Source: Myxococcota bacterium (lineage in GTDB: Bacteria > Myxococcota_A > Polyangia > Nannocystales > Nannocystaceae). From it: DNA of 64,000 nucleotides. The notes under the pieces are model-generated. The model saw nothing but the letters and a program-made list of their open reading frames with translations. It was not told the origin of the DNA and ran no database searches. This document shows positions 47,254 to 57,285 of this stretch, piece by piece. The translations under genes were made by a program, and so were the position numbers. The DNA is taken from the NCBI GenBank assembly GCA_039194325.1, contig JBCCWC010000010.1:32001-96000 (forward strand), in the 5' to 3' direction. Each line of letters opens with the position of its first letter. The stretch's first letter is position 1.

Positions 47254-48386
47254 GGCTGGCGATCCACCACTTGCTCGAAGGGGGGACGCCCGAGGGATCG
47301 GCCATCGATGCGTTCTTGCGCAATCGCAGCTTTCCCCTCATCGAGGGCGACCGGGCCACGTTCGTGTTCCACGGCAACGCCGACGCGGTCAACCTGCGCC
47401 ACTGGATCTACGGCCTGGAGTCCGCGCAGCCCTTCTTGCGGGTGCCGGGCACCGACTTTTGGTACCTCGTGCACGAGCTGCCCCCGGGCTCACGCGTGGA
47501 GTACAAGATCGAGGTGATCCGGGGCGACCGCCACGAGTGGATCCGCGATCCCTTCAACCCCAACACGGCCCAGGACCCGTTTGGCGCCAATTCGGTGGCT
47601 CAGGGGGTGGGGTATTGCCGGCCCGACTGGACGCTGCCCGATCCGGAGGCCCGCCGAGGTCGCTTCGAGGACATCTGGCTGTCCGACACCCCGCTGGGCG
47701 GTTCGCGCCGGGTCACCGTGTACCTGCCGGCTCGCTACCGCCCGGGGCGTCGCTATCGCTTGCTGGTGGTGCACGACGGCGGCGACTACGTTCACTATGC
47801 CGCCCTCAAGGAGGTACTCGACAACCTGATCCATCGGCTCGAGGTCGCGCCGGTGATCGCCGCGCTCAGCCACCCGGGCGATCGACTGGTCGAGTATCCC
47901 GGCGATCCTCGGCACACCGCCTTCATCGCCGAGCACCTGGTCCCCGAGCTCGAGCGGCGATATCCGCTGATGCCCCAGCCTTCGGCGCGTTGCCTGATGG
48001 GGGCCAGCTTTGGCGCGGTCGCGTCACTGGCCACCGCCTGGCGCTACCCGGGCCGGTTCGGGCGGCTGCTGCTGCAGTCGGGGTCGTTCGCTTTTACCGA
48101 CATCGGGCACCACAAGCGAGGGCCGGCGTTCGACCGGGTGGTCGAGTTCGTCAATGCCTTCCGGGACGCGCCGGGGCGGCCGAGCGAGCAGGTCTACCTC
48201 AGCTGCGGGATGTACGAGTCGCTGATCTACGAGAATCGCTCGTTGGTGCCGCTATTGCAGACCACGGGGATGGCGGTGCGCTACGAGTGGGTGCGGGATG
48301 GTCACAACTGGGAGAACTGGCGGGACCGTCTCCAGTCGGGGCTGTCGTGGTTGTTTCCGGGTCCGCTTTGGATGGTCTACGAGTGA
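47250..48386 (+). CDS. Fes-like serine esterase with N-terminal E-set/CBM48-like domain
   Basis: ATGA coupling; RVEYKIEV..DPFNP; VYLPARY, HDGGDY, GASFG, GHNWENWR. Confidence 0.85.
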   Translation: MRLAIHHLLEGGTPEGSAIDAFLRNRSFPLIEGDRATFVFHGNADAVNLRHWIYGLESAQPFLRVPGTDFWYLVHELPPGSRVEYKIEVIRGDRHEWIRDPFNPNTAQDPFGANSVAQGVGYCRPDWTLPDPEARRGRFEDIWLSDTPLGGSRRVTVYLPARYRPGRRYRLLVVHDGGDYVHYAALKEVLDNLIHRLEVAPVIAALSHPGDRLVEYPGDPRHTAFIAEHLVPELERRYPLMPQPSARCLMGASFGAVASLATAWRYPGRFGRLLLQSGSFAFTDIGHHKRGPAFDRVVEFVNAFRDAPGRPSEQVYLSCGMYESLIYENRSLVPLLQTTGMAVRYEWVRDGHNWENWRDRLQSGLSWLFPGPLWMVYE

Positions 48387-48404
48387 GAGGGCCGCGCGGG
48401 CAGG

Positions 48405-48441
48405 CCATTACTGGAGACCATCACTGGAGACCATCACTGGA
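48405..48441. repeat. 13-bp tandem repeat CCAT[T/C]ACTGGAGA (about 3 units) at convergent gene ends
   Basis: Read directly from the sequence. Confidence 0.8.
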
Positions 48442-49057
48442 CTACGCGGATCTTCGGGGGTGGATCCTCGGCGGTTTCGCTCGGGGGTGGCTCGAGCTGC
48501 TCGACGGCCTCGCGGGCGGCGGCGAGCTCGTCGCGAAACTGGGCCCGCATCACGTCGGGGTCGAAGTCGAGGAGCGTCCCGCCGACCCCGAAGTGCAGCG
48601 CGAACGTTCGCCCCACCGCGTAGGTCAGCATGCCGGAGAAGAACGGAGCGCTCACGCCTCCGAGCGCCGAGCCGACCCCGGGGATCGACTTGGCCAGGCT
48701 CGACGCGATCACGCCGCCCACGCCGACCCCCCCGGCGCCCGTGACTAGCGAGATGAGCGCGCTGCGGGCCAGCTTCTTTCGAAAGGGGAACTCGTAGTGG
48801 GTGGCCAGCTGCTTGATCATCTTGAGCTGGACCACGGTGAGCGCCACCGTATCGATGAGGGGGAAGGGCAGCACGCTCGCCCCCATCGCCAGGTAGACGT
48901 TACGGTGGATGATGTTGCGGGCGCCGAGCCTGACCACCTCTTGCTCTTCGAGGATCACGGGCTCGCCCTCGTCCTCGTCCTCGACCGTGGTCGGTTCTTC
49001 GACGACCTGCGAGGGCTCCTCGGCTTGCTTGCGACGCCAAAATTTCCACCACGCCAT
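48434..49057 (-). CDS. DUF697 (YcjF-like) protein
   Basis: LPFPLIDTVALTVVQLKMIKQLATHY..AKSIPGVG..TYAVGR. Confidence 0.8.
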   Translation of the reverse strand: MAWWKFWRRKQAEEPSQVVEEPTTVEDEDEGEPVILEEQEVVRLGARNIIHRNVYLAMGASVLPFPLIDTVALTVVQLKMIKQLATHYEFPFRKKLARSALISLVTGAGGVGVGGVIASSLAKSIPGVGSALGGVSAPFFSGMLTYAVGRTFALHFGVGGTLLDFDPDVMRAQFRDELAAAREAVEQLEPPPSETAEDPPPKIRVVQ

Positions 49058-49278
49058 GATCTCGTCCTGAGTGCTTGCCCGAGTACGCTATCACGGCGGG
49101 ACTTGCGAATGTGCGTAGTTGGCGCGCTGGTCGGGCCTGGACCGTCGGGCATGACGTCGTCGGTCGCACCGCCTGGGCGCCCCCGGTGCACGATGTCGCA
49201 GACCTTTGGCCAAAATGCCGCCTCTCGGATCCTTCGGGCGGTTCCCCGGGACCCGGCGATGGTCTACCAATGCCTCCC

Positions 49279-50622
49279 ATGACGGACGGCCCCACCCCGG
49301 TCACCCGCACCATTGGCCTGTCGCTCGGCGCCGATCTGTGCTGGCCCGCGTGCTACGAGCAGATCATCGAGCGTCTCGGCCTCAGCCTGGTCCTCGGGGA
49401 TCAGCAGGTCCGCTTCGCCGTGGAGCGCGTCACCGTGGAGCCGTTTCGTCTGACGCAGCCCTGTCGGTACGACGTGGTGCTCGATCGCCTGACGCACTGG
49501 TTCCACACCAGCCGCGAGTGGATCAAAAAGGCGGTCATCATGGATGGCCTGTACGTGCTCAACAACCCGTGGTCGTTGCAGTCGATGGAGAAGCACACCT
49601 CCTACTGCGCGATGAAGAAGCTGGGCATGCCCGTCCCCGACACCTGGCTGATCCCGCCCAAGCAGCCTACCGACCACGCCGACGCGGGCACGACCTTGCG
49701 GCGCTACGCCAAGCTCTTCGACCTGGGCGCGGTGGGCGATCAGCTGGGCTACCCCATGTTCATGAAGCCCTATGACGGCGGGGCCTGGGTGGGGGTCTCG
49801 CGCATCGACGACGAGGCTAAGCTGCGCGAGGCCTACGAGAGCAGCGGCGCCCGGGTGATGCACCTACAAAAAGCCGTGGACCCCTTCGACTTGTTCGTGC
49901 GCGCGATCGGCATCGGGCCTCAGATCTACATGGCGCGCTATGATCCGGGCGCGCCGCTCCACGATCGCTACAAGGTCGACTTCCACTTCGTGGACGGAGA
50001 CGATTGGGAACTGCTCACCGACACTGCGCTCACCATCAACGCATTCTTTGGCTGGGAGTTCAACTCTTGCGAGTCGCTGCGCAAGGACGGCGTATTCTAC
50101 CCCATCGACTTCGCCAACGCCTGCCCCGACTTTCAGGTGACCTCGCTGCACTATCACTTTCCCGAGATGGTCAAGAACATGGTCCGCTGGTCGCTCTACT
50201 GCGCGGCGACCAAGCGCACGATGCCCCAGAACCTCGACTGGGAGCCGTTCTATGCCATCGCTCGTGAGGACCTGCCCTACCGCGAGCGGCTGCGGCGATA
50301 CGCGGCCGTCGCCCGCGAGCGCATGGAGGCGGACCGCTTCACCGAGTTCTGCCACCAGCACCTGCCCCACCTCAACGAGGTCGCCTGGGAGTTCTTCGGC
50401 ACCCAGCAGGCCAAGGGCTACGTGTTGGCCAAGGTGCAGTCGCTGTTTCCCGAGCACGAGGTGGAGCGGTTCACCGAGCACTTCTGGGGGCTGATCCAGT
50501 TCTGGCGAAAGACCGAGGCGGAACGCATGAGCAAGGTGGCGGGGCCGCAGGCAGACGAGCCCCGAGCGGCTCGGGAAGACGCGGCCCCGAAGGGCGCAGC
50601 CCCGCACAGCGCGGGCGCTTGA
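49279..50622 (+). CDS. ATP-grasp ligase C (RimK/glutathione synthetase-like)
   Basis: VLDRLTHW, LNNPWS, GMPVPDTWLIP, YPMFMKPYDGGAWVGV, IDFANACPD. Confidence 0.88.
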   Translation: MTDGPTPVTRTIGLSLGADLCWPACYEQIIERLGLSLVLGDQQVRFAVERVTVEPFRLTQPCRYDVVLDRLTHWFHTSREWIKKAVIMDGLYVLNNPWSLQSMEKHTSYCAMKKLGMPVPDTWLIPPKQPTDHADAGTTLRRYAKLFDLGAVGDQLGYPMFMKPYDGGAWVGVSRIDDEAKLREAYESSGARVMHLQKAVDPFDLFVRAIGIGPQIYMARYDPGAPLHDRYKVDFHFVDGDDWELLTDTALTINAFFGWEFNSCESLRKDGVFYPIDFANACPDFQVTSLHYHFPEMVKNMVRWSLYCAATKRTMPQNLDWEPFYAIAREDLPYRERLRRYAAVARERMEADRFTEFCHQHLPHLNEVAWEFFGTQQAKGYVLAKVQSLFPEHEVERFTEHFWGLIQFWRKTEAERMSKVAGPQADEPRAAREDAAPKGAAPHSAGA

Positions 50623-51196
50623 GGTCACCGAACGTATCGAGAAGACCCTACAACTCATCGGTAGTTCCTATGGGTTCGCCAGTCCCTGCGAGCTCATCAA
50701 GGAACAAGCGGTGTCGAGCCCTCGGGCGATTTCGCTCCGAGTGAGGGCGAGACAACGGGGTCGGTGACTGCACGACGACTCGGGTTGGGTGCGTCGGGTA
50801 GTGTCGTCAATTGAATGACCGACCGGTTCGTCTACGCTGGCGCCTCATCGCTCGGGTATGCCGCTAGAGACTCGATTGGGTTGATGCTGGTGTCGGGGGT
50901 TCACTGTGCGTTCGTGTACCGGTCGCGGCACCAGGAGTTAGTCGATCGTGGCCCTGAAGAACCAGCAGAGCGTGAATCGTCGAGTCCTTTCGAAGGGGCA
51001 TTGTGCCTCACGGGGGGATTGAGACCTCACATGGTATGATGATCTTTGGGACCACTGCTATTTGTGTTCGCGTCCCCCATTGTGGAGGAGTAGGCTCTAT
51101 GGCGATCGCTTCTTCGGTGGCGATCACTGTCGATTCGAACGGTCTTCTTGCGAAGGATCTCCGGATGGTCGTCTGCGAGCCAGGGATATCGACCCT

Positions 51197-52654
51197 ATGA
51201 CGCTGCGTGCGTGTCTGTTCGAGTGGACCGGCGACGACGTCGAGCTACGTCGGCGAGCCCAGGTGCTCGCGGCGCTCGGGCTGCTGGGTAGCGTGGCGAC
51301 CCTCGGGGGCGCCTCGGCGCGGCTGTTCCTCCACGGGCCGGGCTTCGACTCGTTGATCTCGTACCTGTTTAGCCCCGTGGGGGCGCTGTGCCCGATCATC
51401 GCGCGCCGGTTGCGGAGCGTCGCGGTCCCCTCGTGGATCTTGCTGCTGCTGGGCACCCTCACCACGATCTTGGTGGCCTACGGTGAAGGGGGCACCCTGT
51501 CTCCCGCCGCGCTGTGGCTCCCGGTGATGCCGCTGGCCGCCACCTTCCTGCTCGGCTGGAAGGGAGGCGCGGCGTTCTTGGGGCTGGTGGTGACGTCCTT
51601 GTGGGTCCTCGTTGGTGCGCCGTCCCCCGCCGAGCCTCCGGCCACCCCCACGCTGTGGGCGATCTCGGCGGTGATGTCGGGGACCTTCGCCTTTGCCTGC
51701 GTGGCCGCGTTCGATCTGGCGCGGCAGTCCGCGGTGGGCCGGATCGGGCGTCTGGTCCGGGAGGCCGAGGGTCGCAATGCGTCGCTCGCTCGGGCCAACG
51801 AGGATCTCGTGGTCGCGCACCGGCAGGCACAGGCGGCCAGCCAGCTCAAGAGCGAGTTCATGACGACCATGAGCCACGAGCTACGGACGCCGCTGAACTC
51901 TGTCATCGGATTTTCGAATTACCTGCTCAAGAACAAGTCGGGCGGCTTTGGGGAGCGGGACATCAAGATGCTCGATCGCATTCGGTTCAACGGGATCCAC
52001 CTGCTTTCGATCATCGACGACATCCTGGACATCTCGAAGATCGAAGCCGAGCGGCTCGAGCTGACGATCGAGTCGCTGGATCTCTATGAGACCTGTGACC
52101 AGGTCGTTCAGGTCATGGAGCCGCTCGCGGCCGAGAAGGCCCTGCTGATCCGCAAGGAGATCCCCGGTGGCCTTGAGCCGATCGAGGCCGACGCACAGCG
52201 GCTTCGTCAGGTGCTGACCAACATCGTGGGCAACGCCGTCAAGTTCACCGACGAAGGGTCGGTGACCGTGCGGGTGGTCCCCCAGACGGGCACGCGGATC
52301 CCCTGTCGGATCGAGGTGGTCGACTCGGGCATCGGGATCCCCCCCGACCGTCTGGGGGCCGTGCTCGAGCCCTTCGTCCAGGCCGACGGCTCGACCTCCA
52401 AGCGGCACGGCGGGACGGGCCTGGGCCTGTCGATCAGCCGATCGCTGTGTGAGCAGATGGGCTTCGGCCTTCAGCTCAGGAGCGTAGAAGGCCGAGGGAC
52501 GACGGTCTCGATCGTGCTGCTCGACGCCTCGACGCAGCCCGCCGGGCAGCTACGAGACCGAAGGGCCCGACGCATGCGGCAGCGGGGCGCGTCGCCGCAG
52601 ACCGGCGCCGGTGTGGTGGCGATCAGCCGAACAGCTCCGGGATCGACCCGCTGA
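51197..52654 (+). CDS. Orphan membrane sensor histidine kinase
   Basis: Several TM helices; SHELRTPL, NIVGNAVKFT, DSGIG, GGTGLGL. Confidence 0.92.
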   Translation: MTLRACLFEWTGDDVELRRRAQVLAALGLLGSVATLGGASARLFLHGPGFDSLISYLFSPVGALCPIIARRLRSVAVPSWILLLLGTLTTILVAYGEGGTLSPAALWLPVMPLAATFLLGWKGGAAFLGLVVTSLWVLVGAPSPAEPPATPTLWAISAVMSGTFAFACVAAFDLARQSAVGRIGRLVREAEGRNASLARANEDLVVAHRQAQAASQLKSEFMTTMSHELRTPLNSVIGFSNYLLKNKSGGFGERDIKMLDRIRFNGIHLLSIIDDILDISKIEAERLELTIESLDLYETCDQVVQVMEPLAAEKALLIRKEIPGGLEPIEADAQRLRQVLTNIVGNAVKFTDEGSVTVRVVPQTGTRIPCRIEVVDSGIGIPPDRLGAVLEPFVQADGSTSKRHGGTGLGLSISRSLCEQMGFGLQLRSVEGRGTTVSIVLLDASTQPAGQLRDRRARRMRQRGASPQTGAGVVAISRTAPGSTR

Positions 52655-54110
52655 CCTCGCCGAAGTTGGAGTTGACCCCTACCGCCTCCATGGCCGAGAT
52701 CACCACGTTGCCCGGGTGGTTGGCGTTGCTCGGGGCCACGATGTGGTGCCCCTGGCGCAGGCCGCCGGCACCTCCGGCGACGAGCGTGACCATGTTGTCG
52801 GTGGAGTGGGCGCTCCAGGCGGAGCCGTTCTCGTATGACACCCCGCCGCCGGCCTCGTTCATCATCATCAGCGCGCAGGAGTCCAGCAGGCTCCCGGCTC
52901 CTTCGGGGGTGTCGCGCATGCGCTCCACCAGGTACGCGAAGTGATCCACGTGCCATGCGATGACGTCGGCCATCTCAGGAAGGTCGCCGTTGTGGCTCAG
53001 GTCGTGCAGCCCGTAGGCGTGGCCGGTGATCGGGTTGACGTTCATGAACGACTGGAACATCGTGAACATCAGCGAGCCCACGCGGGTGAGATCGCAGGTG
53101 AACGCCATGTGCATCAGGTCGCACAAGAGCAGCAGCCGCGATTGCTCGTCGCTATAGCCGGCGTTGACGTCGTAGGCCTCCTCGCTGGGCGGCTCGCCTC
53201 CCAGGGGCGGATCGCTGCCGGGGTCGGGTAGCTGCTGGCACTCGCCGCCGACCTCGGGTCCCTCGATCTCCAGGCGCATCTCGAGCGCGCGGATCTCGTC
53301 GTAGTGTTGCTCGAGCCGCTGTCGGTCCGCGCTGCCCAGCCGGTCCAGTAGCCCGTCCATGCGGCGGTCGACCAGGTCGAGCACGCTACGGCGCTTGTCG
53401 AGCTCGAGCTCCTTGGCGGCGGCCTCTTGCGGGTCGTCGGGCACGAACCCGAGGAAGAGCGCGTCGTAGGCCTGCCGAGGGCTGACCACGGGGACCACTC
53501 GCTCGATCTCTCCGTCGTTGTCCCGGTACGAGATCGTGTCGCGGTTCATGTGCCAGGTGCCGGTGTTGTAGAGCAGCGCCTGGGCTCGGTAGGCCAGCGA
53601 GCGGAACGAGGTGCGATCGCCGATCGCCTCGGCCACGATCTGATCCGAGCTGGGTCCGGTGACCGTGGGGATGTGGGTGTCGTTGGAGGTCCACGGCGCC
53701 GAGCGCATACCGCTGACTACCGGGTTGACGTGGGCGTGGAAGTGGACGGTGCGCCCCGCCGGCGGGATCGGCTCGTTCTCGCTCTGCGCGGTCTGGCTGG
53801 GGATCGACAGGCCCGACACCACGGTCACTAGATCCTGCACGCCCCGGTCACCCAAAGGGGCCAGGCCGGTGCCCAGCGTGTAGCCGGGGCCGGTAGTGGC
53901 GGGGATATAGGAGTTATCCAGCGGGTCGCCGTCGGTGATGATCGAGAACCCGCCGAAGCACACCAGGTAGCGTAGGGGCATGGCCCCGCCGCCGGCGAGG
54001 GCCTCGCCCGCGTCGTCGAGCATGATCTCGAGCGTCGGCAGAGCGACCGCGGCCCCGCCGAGGCCGCGCAAGAAGGTTCGTCGGGGCAGTGCAAGCTTGC
54101 GACTCACCAT
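52623..54110 (-). CDS. DUF1552-family protein (Tat-like signal)
   Basis: RRTFLRGLGGAAVALPTLE; SVLDLV..DRQRLEQH..IRALE; AFTCDLTRV. Confidence 0.85.
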   Translation of the reverse strand: MVSRKLALPRRTFLRGLGGAAVALPTLEIMLDDAGEALAGGGAMPLRYLVCFGGFSIITDGDPLDNSYIPATTGPGYTLGTGLAPLGDRGVQDLVTVVSGLSIPSQTAQSENEPIPPAGRTVHFHAHVNPVVSGMRSAPWTSNDTHIPTVTGPSSDQIVAEAIGDRTSFRSLAYRAQALLYNTGTWHMNRDTISYRDNDGEIERVVPVVSPRQAYDALFLGFVPDDPQEAAAKELELDKRRSVLDLVDRRMDGLLDRLGSADRQRLEQHYDEIRALEMRLEIEGPEVGGECQQLPDPGSDPPLGGEPPSEEAYDVNAGYSDEQSRLLLLCDLMHMAFTCDLTRVGSLMFTMFQSFMNVNPITGHAYGLHDLSHNGDLPEMADVIAWHVDHFAYLVERMRDTPEGAGSLLDSCALMMMNEAGGGVSYENGSAWSAHSTDNMVTLVAGGAGGLRQGHHIVAPSNANHPGNVVISAMEAVGVNSNFGEVSGSIPELFG

Positions 54111-54112
54111 GG

Positions 54113-55762
54113 CTACTCCTCCCTCCGGTGGGCGAATGCGGGGTGGGCCACCAGCATACCGAGCATGGTGTCGAAGCGGCCGTCTCCCTCGGTCAGCTGC
54201 ATGCCGAGCTCGTTCACCAGGGGCAGGTCGTCCTGGACCACTTCGCGCCCCAGGGCAAAGCGGTATAGTTGCTGGGCCACGCAGGGCTCGAGCACGGTGT
54301 TGTCGACGAAGAGATTGGCCAGCTCGGCGGGGCCGTTGAAGGCGCCTATGCTGGTCAGCGCACCATCGCCGCTGATCGTGCACTGGGGTGCGCCCTCGTC
54401 GTGGGTGCGGAAGCGGCCCTGGGTGTCGTAGCGCTCGAGCCCAAAGCCGATAGGATCCATCAGCGAGTGGCAGCCGGCGCAGCTACCCACCTCGGCGTGG
54501 ATCGCATAGCGATCTTCCTTGCACTCGGCGTCTTCTTCGGTGGGTGGGTTGTCGGCGTCCACGTTGGGCGGCGGCGGCGGGACCGGCTGGCACATCAGCT
54601 GCTCGCGGATCCACTTGCCGCGGCGAGTCGGGCTGGTCTCGCCGGGCCCGGCCGCCACCGAGAGGAACGAGCCATGGGAGAGGATCCCCTGGCGGCCGCT
54701 GCTGCCGTAGCTCACCCACTGCGAGCCGTCGGGCGTGGGCAGGTCGTAGTGCTCAGCGAGGGTCGCGTCGATGAAGGTCTCGGTGGCGGTGAACAGATCG
54801 GTCCAGGGGGCGGCCTCGTCGAAGATCACGCGCTCGAGCAGCGCGGTGGTCTCGGAGCGCAGCGCGTTGGTGAGCTCGGGGGGGTGTGGCAGCTGGGCGT
54901 AGCCCATCCACATCGCATGGAAGCGGTCGATCTGCACCCGAGCCCGGGGATCTTGGAGCATGGCCTGGGCCATCGCCTGGCGCTGTTCGGCATGGCTCAG
55001 CTCGCCTGCCTCGGCCGCGTCGAGTAGCTCGTCGCTGGGGGTGCTGCCCCACAGCAAGTACGACAGGCGGGTCGCGAGCTCGAAGTTGCTGAGGGCGAAG
55101 AGCCCAGGCTCGCCGTCGACCGGGGTGCCGATCTCCACCCGGTAGATGAACTCGGCGTCTTGCAGCAGGGCACGGAGCACCATCTCGATGCCCACATAGA
55201 AGTCGCTCTGGCGTTGGGCGTACTCCAGACCCAGGGCCACGTAGCCGTCGATCTCTTCCGTGCTCAGCGGGCGCCGCAGCGCTCGGCGACCGAAGCGGCC
55301 GATGAACTCGCGTAGGCAAGCCTCGTCGGTCGTGCCGCTGGGCGTGCATCCCACGGTCTGGTCGCGACGGGGTGGGTCGTCGAGCAGGCGGCGGGCCGCA
55401 TCGCGGGCCAGCACTTCGAGGCCCTCGATCAAGGGCTGGGAGGCCTCCTGTGTCCCGTACTCGTTGTCAAACGGGGTAAAGGGGTCCTCGGGAAGCATCT
55501 GTGACCCGGGCCGAGTGGTGTCGCCCAGCAGATCCCGCAGGGTGTTGTCGTATTCGTAGCGGGTGAGTCGACGCATGCCGATCGGCCCGAGAGTTTCGGG
55601 CGTTTCGGGCGTCTCGCCGGTCTCGTCGGCCCCGCCGCTGCTGGGCCCGCCCGTCGAACCGTCGGTGTCGGTGCCGCCCGTCGTCGCATTGACGTCGTCT
55701 CGGCAGCCCGTCACCGCCAGCGCGCCAAGAGCGAGCATGCCGATGAACTGTGAGGATCGCAT
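54113..55762 (-). CDS. DUF1592/DUF1588-family lipoprotein with CxxCH
   Basis: VTGC lipobox; RRLTRYEYDNTLRDL, ELATRLSYLLW, TSPTRRGKWIR, CAGCH, DPIGFGLERYD. Confidence 0.88.
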   Translation of the reverse strand: MRSSQFIGMLALGALAVTGCRDDVNATTGGTDTDGSTGGPSSGGADETGETPETPETLGPIGMRRLTRYEYDNTLRDLLGDTTRPGSQMLPEDPFTPFDNEYGTQEASQPLIEGLEVLARDAARRLLDDPPRRDQTVGCTPSGTTDEACLREFIGRFGRRALRRPLSTEEIDGYVALGLEYAQRQSDFYVGIEMVLRALLQDAEFIYRVEIGTPVDGEPGLFALSNFELATRLSYLLWGSTPSDELLDAAEAGELSHAEQRQAMAQAMLQDPRARVQIDRFHAMWMGYAQLPHPPELTNALRSETTALLERVIFDEAAPWTDLFTATETFIDATLAEHYDLPTPDGSQWVSYGSSGRQGILSHGSFLSVAAGPGETSPTRRGKWIREQLMCQPVPPPPPNVDADNPPTEEDAECKEDRYAIHAEVGSCAGCHSLMDPIGFGLERYDTQGRFRTHDEGAPQCTISGDGALTSIGAFNGPAELANLFVDNTVLEPCVAQQLYRFALGREVVQDDLPLVNELGMQLTEGDGRFDTMLGMLVAHPAFAHRREE

Positions 55763-56035
55763 GAAGAGCTGAATTGGATAGGGGGCGGCCTGCGGCCGGT
55801 GCGCCGAGTGTAAGCGGTGCAACGTCGAAGTCAAACGTCGGGTGGTGAGCGAGGCGCGAGACCCCGCGTGGTCCCGCGGATCGGGCTGTGGGAATTGCCC
55901 GGGGAGGGGTGGCACGCTCGTGTCGGTGTGTAGCGCAATTTCCGCTGGGTTGGCTCGCGCGCTTGCGCCCGAGGAACGATGGTTGGAGCGTGGGTCTGGA
56001 CGTGGGGAGGCAGCCCTGCGAGGGTCCCGCCCGCC

Positions 56036-56764
56036 GTGAAGCTCACCACCCGCTGGTACTCGCCGCGCCTGAACACCGAGGTCCTCGTCGCTCGATGGGG
56101 GCACTTTGGCACACCTGTGTTGCTCTTCCCTACCGCAGGGGGGGACGCCGAGGAGTGCGAGCGCTTCTTGATGATCGACGCGCTGCGGCCTTTGCTCGAA
56201 GCCGGGCGGATCAAGGTCTTCACCTGCGACAGCGTGGCGGGGCGGATCTGGACCGACGGGGAGAGCTCGGGGGCGTTTCGGGCCCGCATTCAGAACGTGT
56301 TCGACGGCTTCGTGGCCGAGGAGGTCGTGCCGGCCATTCGTCACGACTGCTGCTCGTCCGACATCGAGATCATGACCGCGGGAGCGTCGATCGGGGCCTT
56401 CAATGCGCTGGCGGCGATCTGTCGTCATCCCGACATATTCAAGACCGCGATCTGCATGAGCGGGACCTATGACTTGTCGCGCTGGATGGAGGGCGAGCAC
56501 ACGCTGGACTTTCACTACAGCTCGCCGCTGCACTTCTTGCCCGGGCTGGGCGAGAGTCCGCAGCTGCATCGGCTGCGCGAGCGCTTCGTGGTGCTGGCCA
56601 CCGGCGAGGGGCGCTGGGAGTCACCCGGCGAGTCGTGGCGAGCGGCGCACGTGCTCGGGAGCAAGGGGGTGCCCAATCGCGTGGATCTTTGGGGGCAGCG
56701 ATTTCACCACGACTGGCCGACGTGGCGGGAGATGCTGCCGACGTACCTGGACCGGATGTGTTGA
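56036..56764 (+). CDS. Serine esterase (alpha/beta hydrolase)
   Basis: WYSPRL, WGHFGTPVLLFPTAGGD, GASIG, SGTYDL, HDWPTWR. Confidence 0.85.
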   Translation: MKLTTRWYSPRLNTEVLVARWGHFGTPVLLFPTAGGDAEECERFLMIDALRPLLEAGRIKVFTCDSVAGRIWTDGESSGAFRARIQNVFDGFVAEEVVPAIRHDCCSSDIEIMTAGASIGAFNALAAICRHPDIFKTAICMSGTYDLSRWMEGEHTLDFHYSSPLHFLPGLGESPQLHRLRERFVVLATGEGRWESPGESWRAAHVLGSKGVPNRVDLWGQRFHHDWPTWREMLPTYLDRMC

Positions 56765-56792
56765 GGCGGGCCCGTGCGGCGCAGGCGGTCAC

Positions 56793-57101
56793 TCACCGTG
56801 CGTCTGTGGCTCGGGACAGCCAGTACCCCGTGCGTCTGCGTTCGTGCGCGACCGCCAGCATGAGGATGAAATCATCGAGGATGGCGTAGGGCAGCGCGTA
56901 CGGAAATCGTTCGACTCGGGCAAAGCGATAGCGAGGATCGTACCGCCAGGGGGCACGTGCGTGAGGCAGTTGCTCAATGCGGTGTACCGTTGCCCAAACC
57001 TCCTTCTCCAGCTCTTCGCCGAGACCCTCGACGCGACTGTCGTACCAGTCGATGGCTTCGGCGAGTTCTTCGAGTGCGGCGCGATGGAGCTCAGCGTGCA
57101 C
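56793..57101 (-). CDS. RelE/ParE-family type II toxin
   Basis: AALEELAEAIDWYD..GLG..RFPY..LAVAHERRRTGYW. Confidence 0.88.
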   Translation of the reverse strand: MHAELHRAALEELAEAIDWYDSRVEGLGEELEKEVWATVHRIEQLPHARAPWRYDPRYRFARVERFPYALPYAILDDFILMLAVAHERRRTGYWLSRATDAR

Positions 57102-57285
57102 GTTGGGTCCGGCGGGCAGCCAGGAATGCCTTGGCCTGCTCTACCGTTAGCGATGGACTGATGCCACTGCGCACCTCTTCGAGTCGTCGGTCGAGCTCGG
57201 CCTTCAACGACGGTTCATCGAGGACGTTCTCGGACTCGGGAGGGGCCGACATTCCGTCTCGCGGCCGAGGTTGTGCCGAGCTCAT
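57091..57285 (-). CDS. Putative addiction-module antitoxin
   Basis: KAELDRRLEEVRSG..TVEQAK; overlaps the toxin start by 11 nt. Confidence 0.7.
   Translation of the reverse strand: MSSAQPRPRDGMSAPPESENVLDEPSLKAELDRRLEEVRSGISPSLTVEQAKAFLAARRTQRAR

Noticed and set aside
50815..51039. Short ORFs in the gap before the histidine kinase
   Set aside because: No recognisable motif or RBS, and atypical codon usage.
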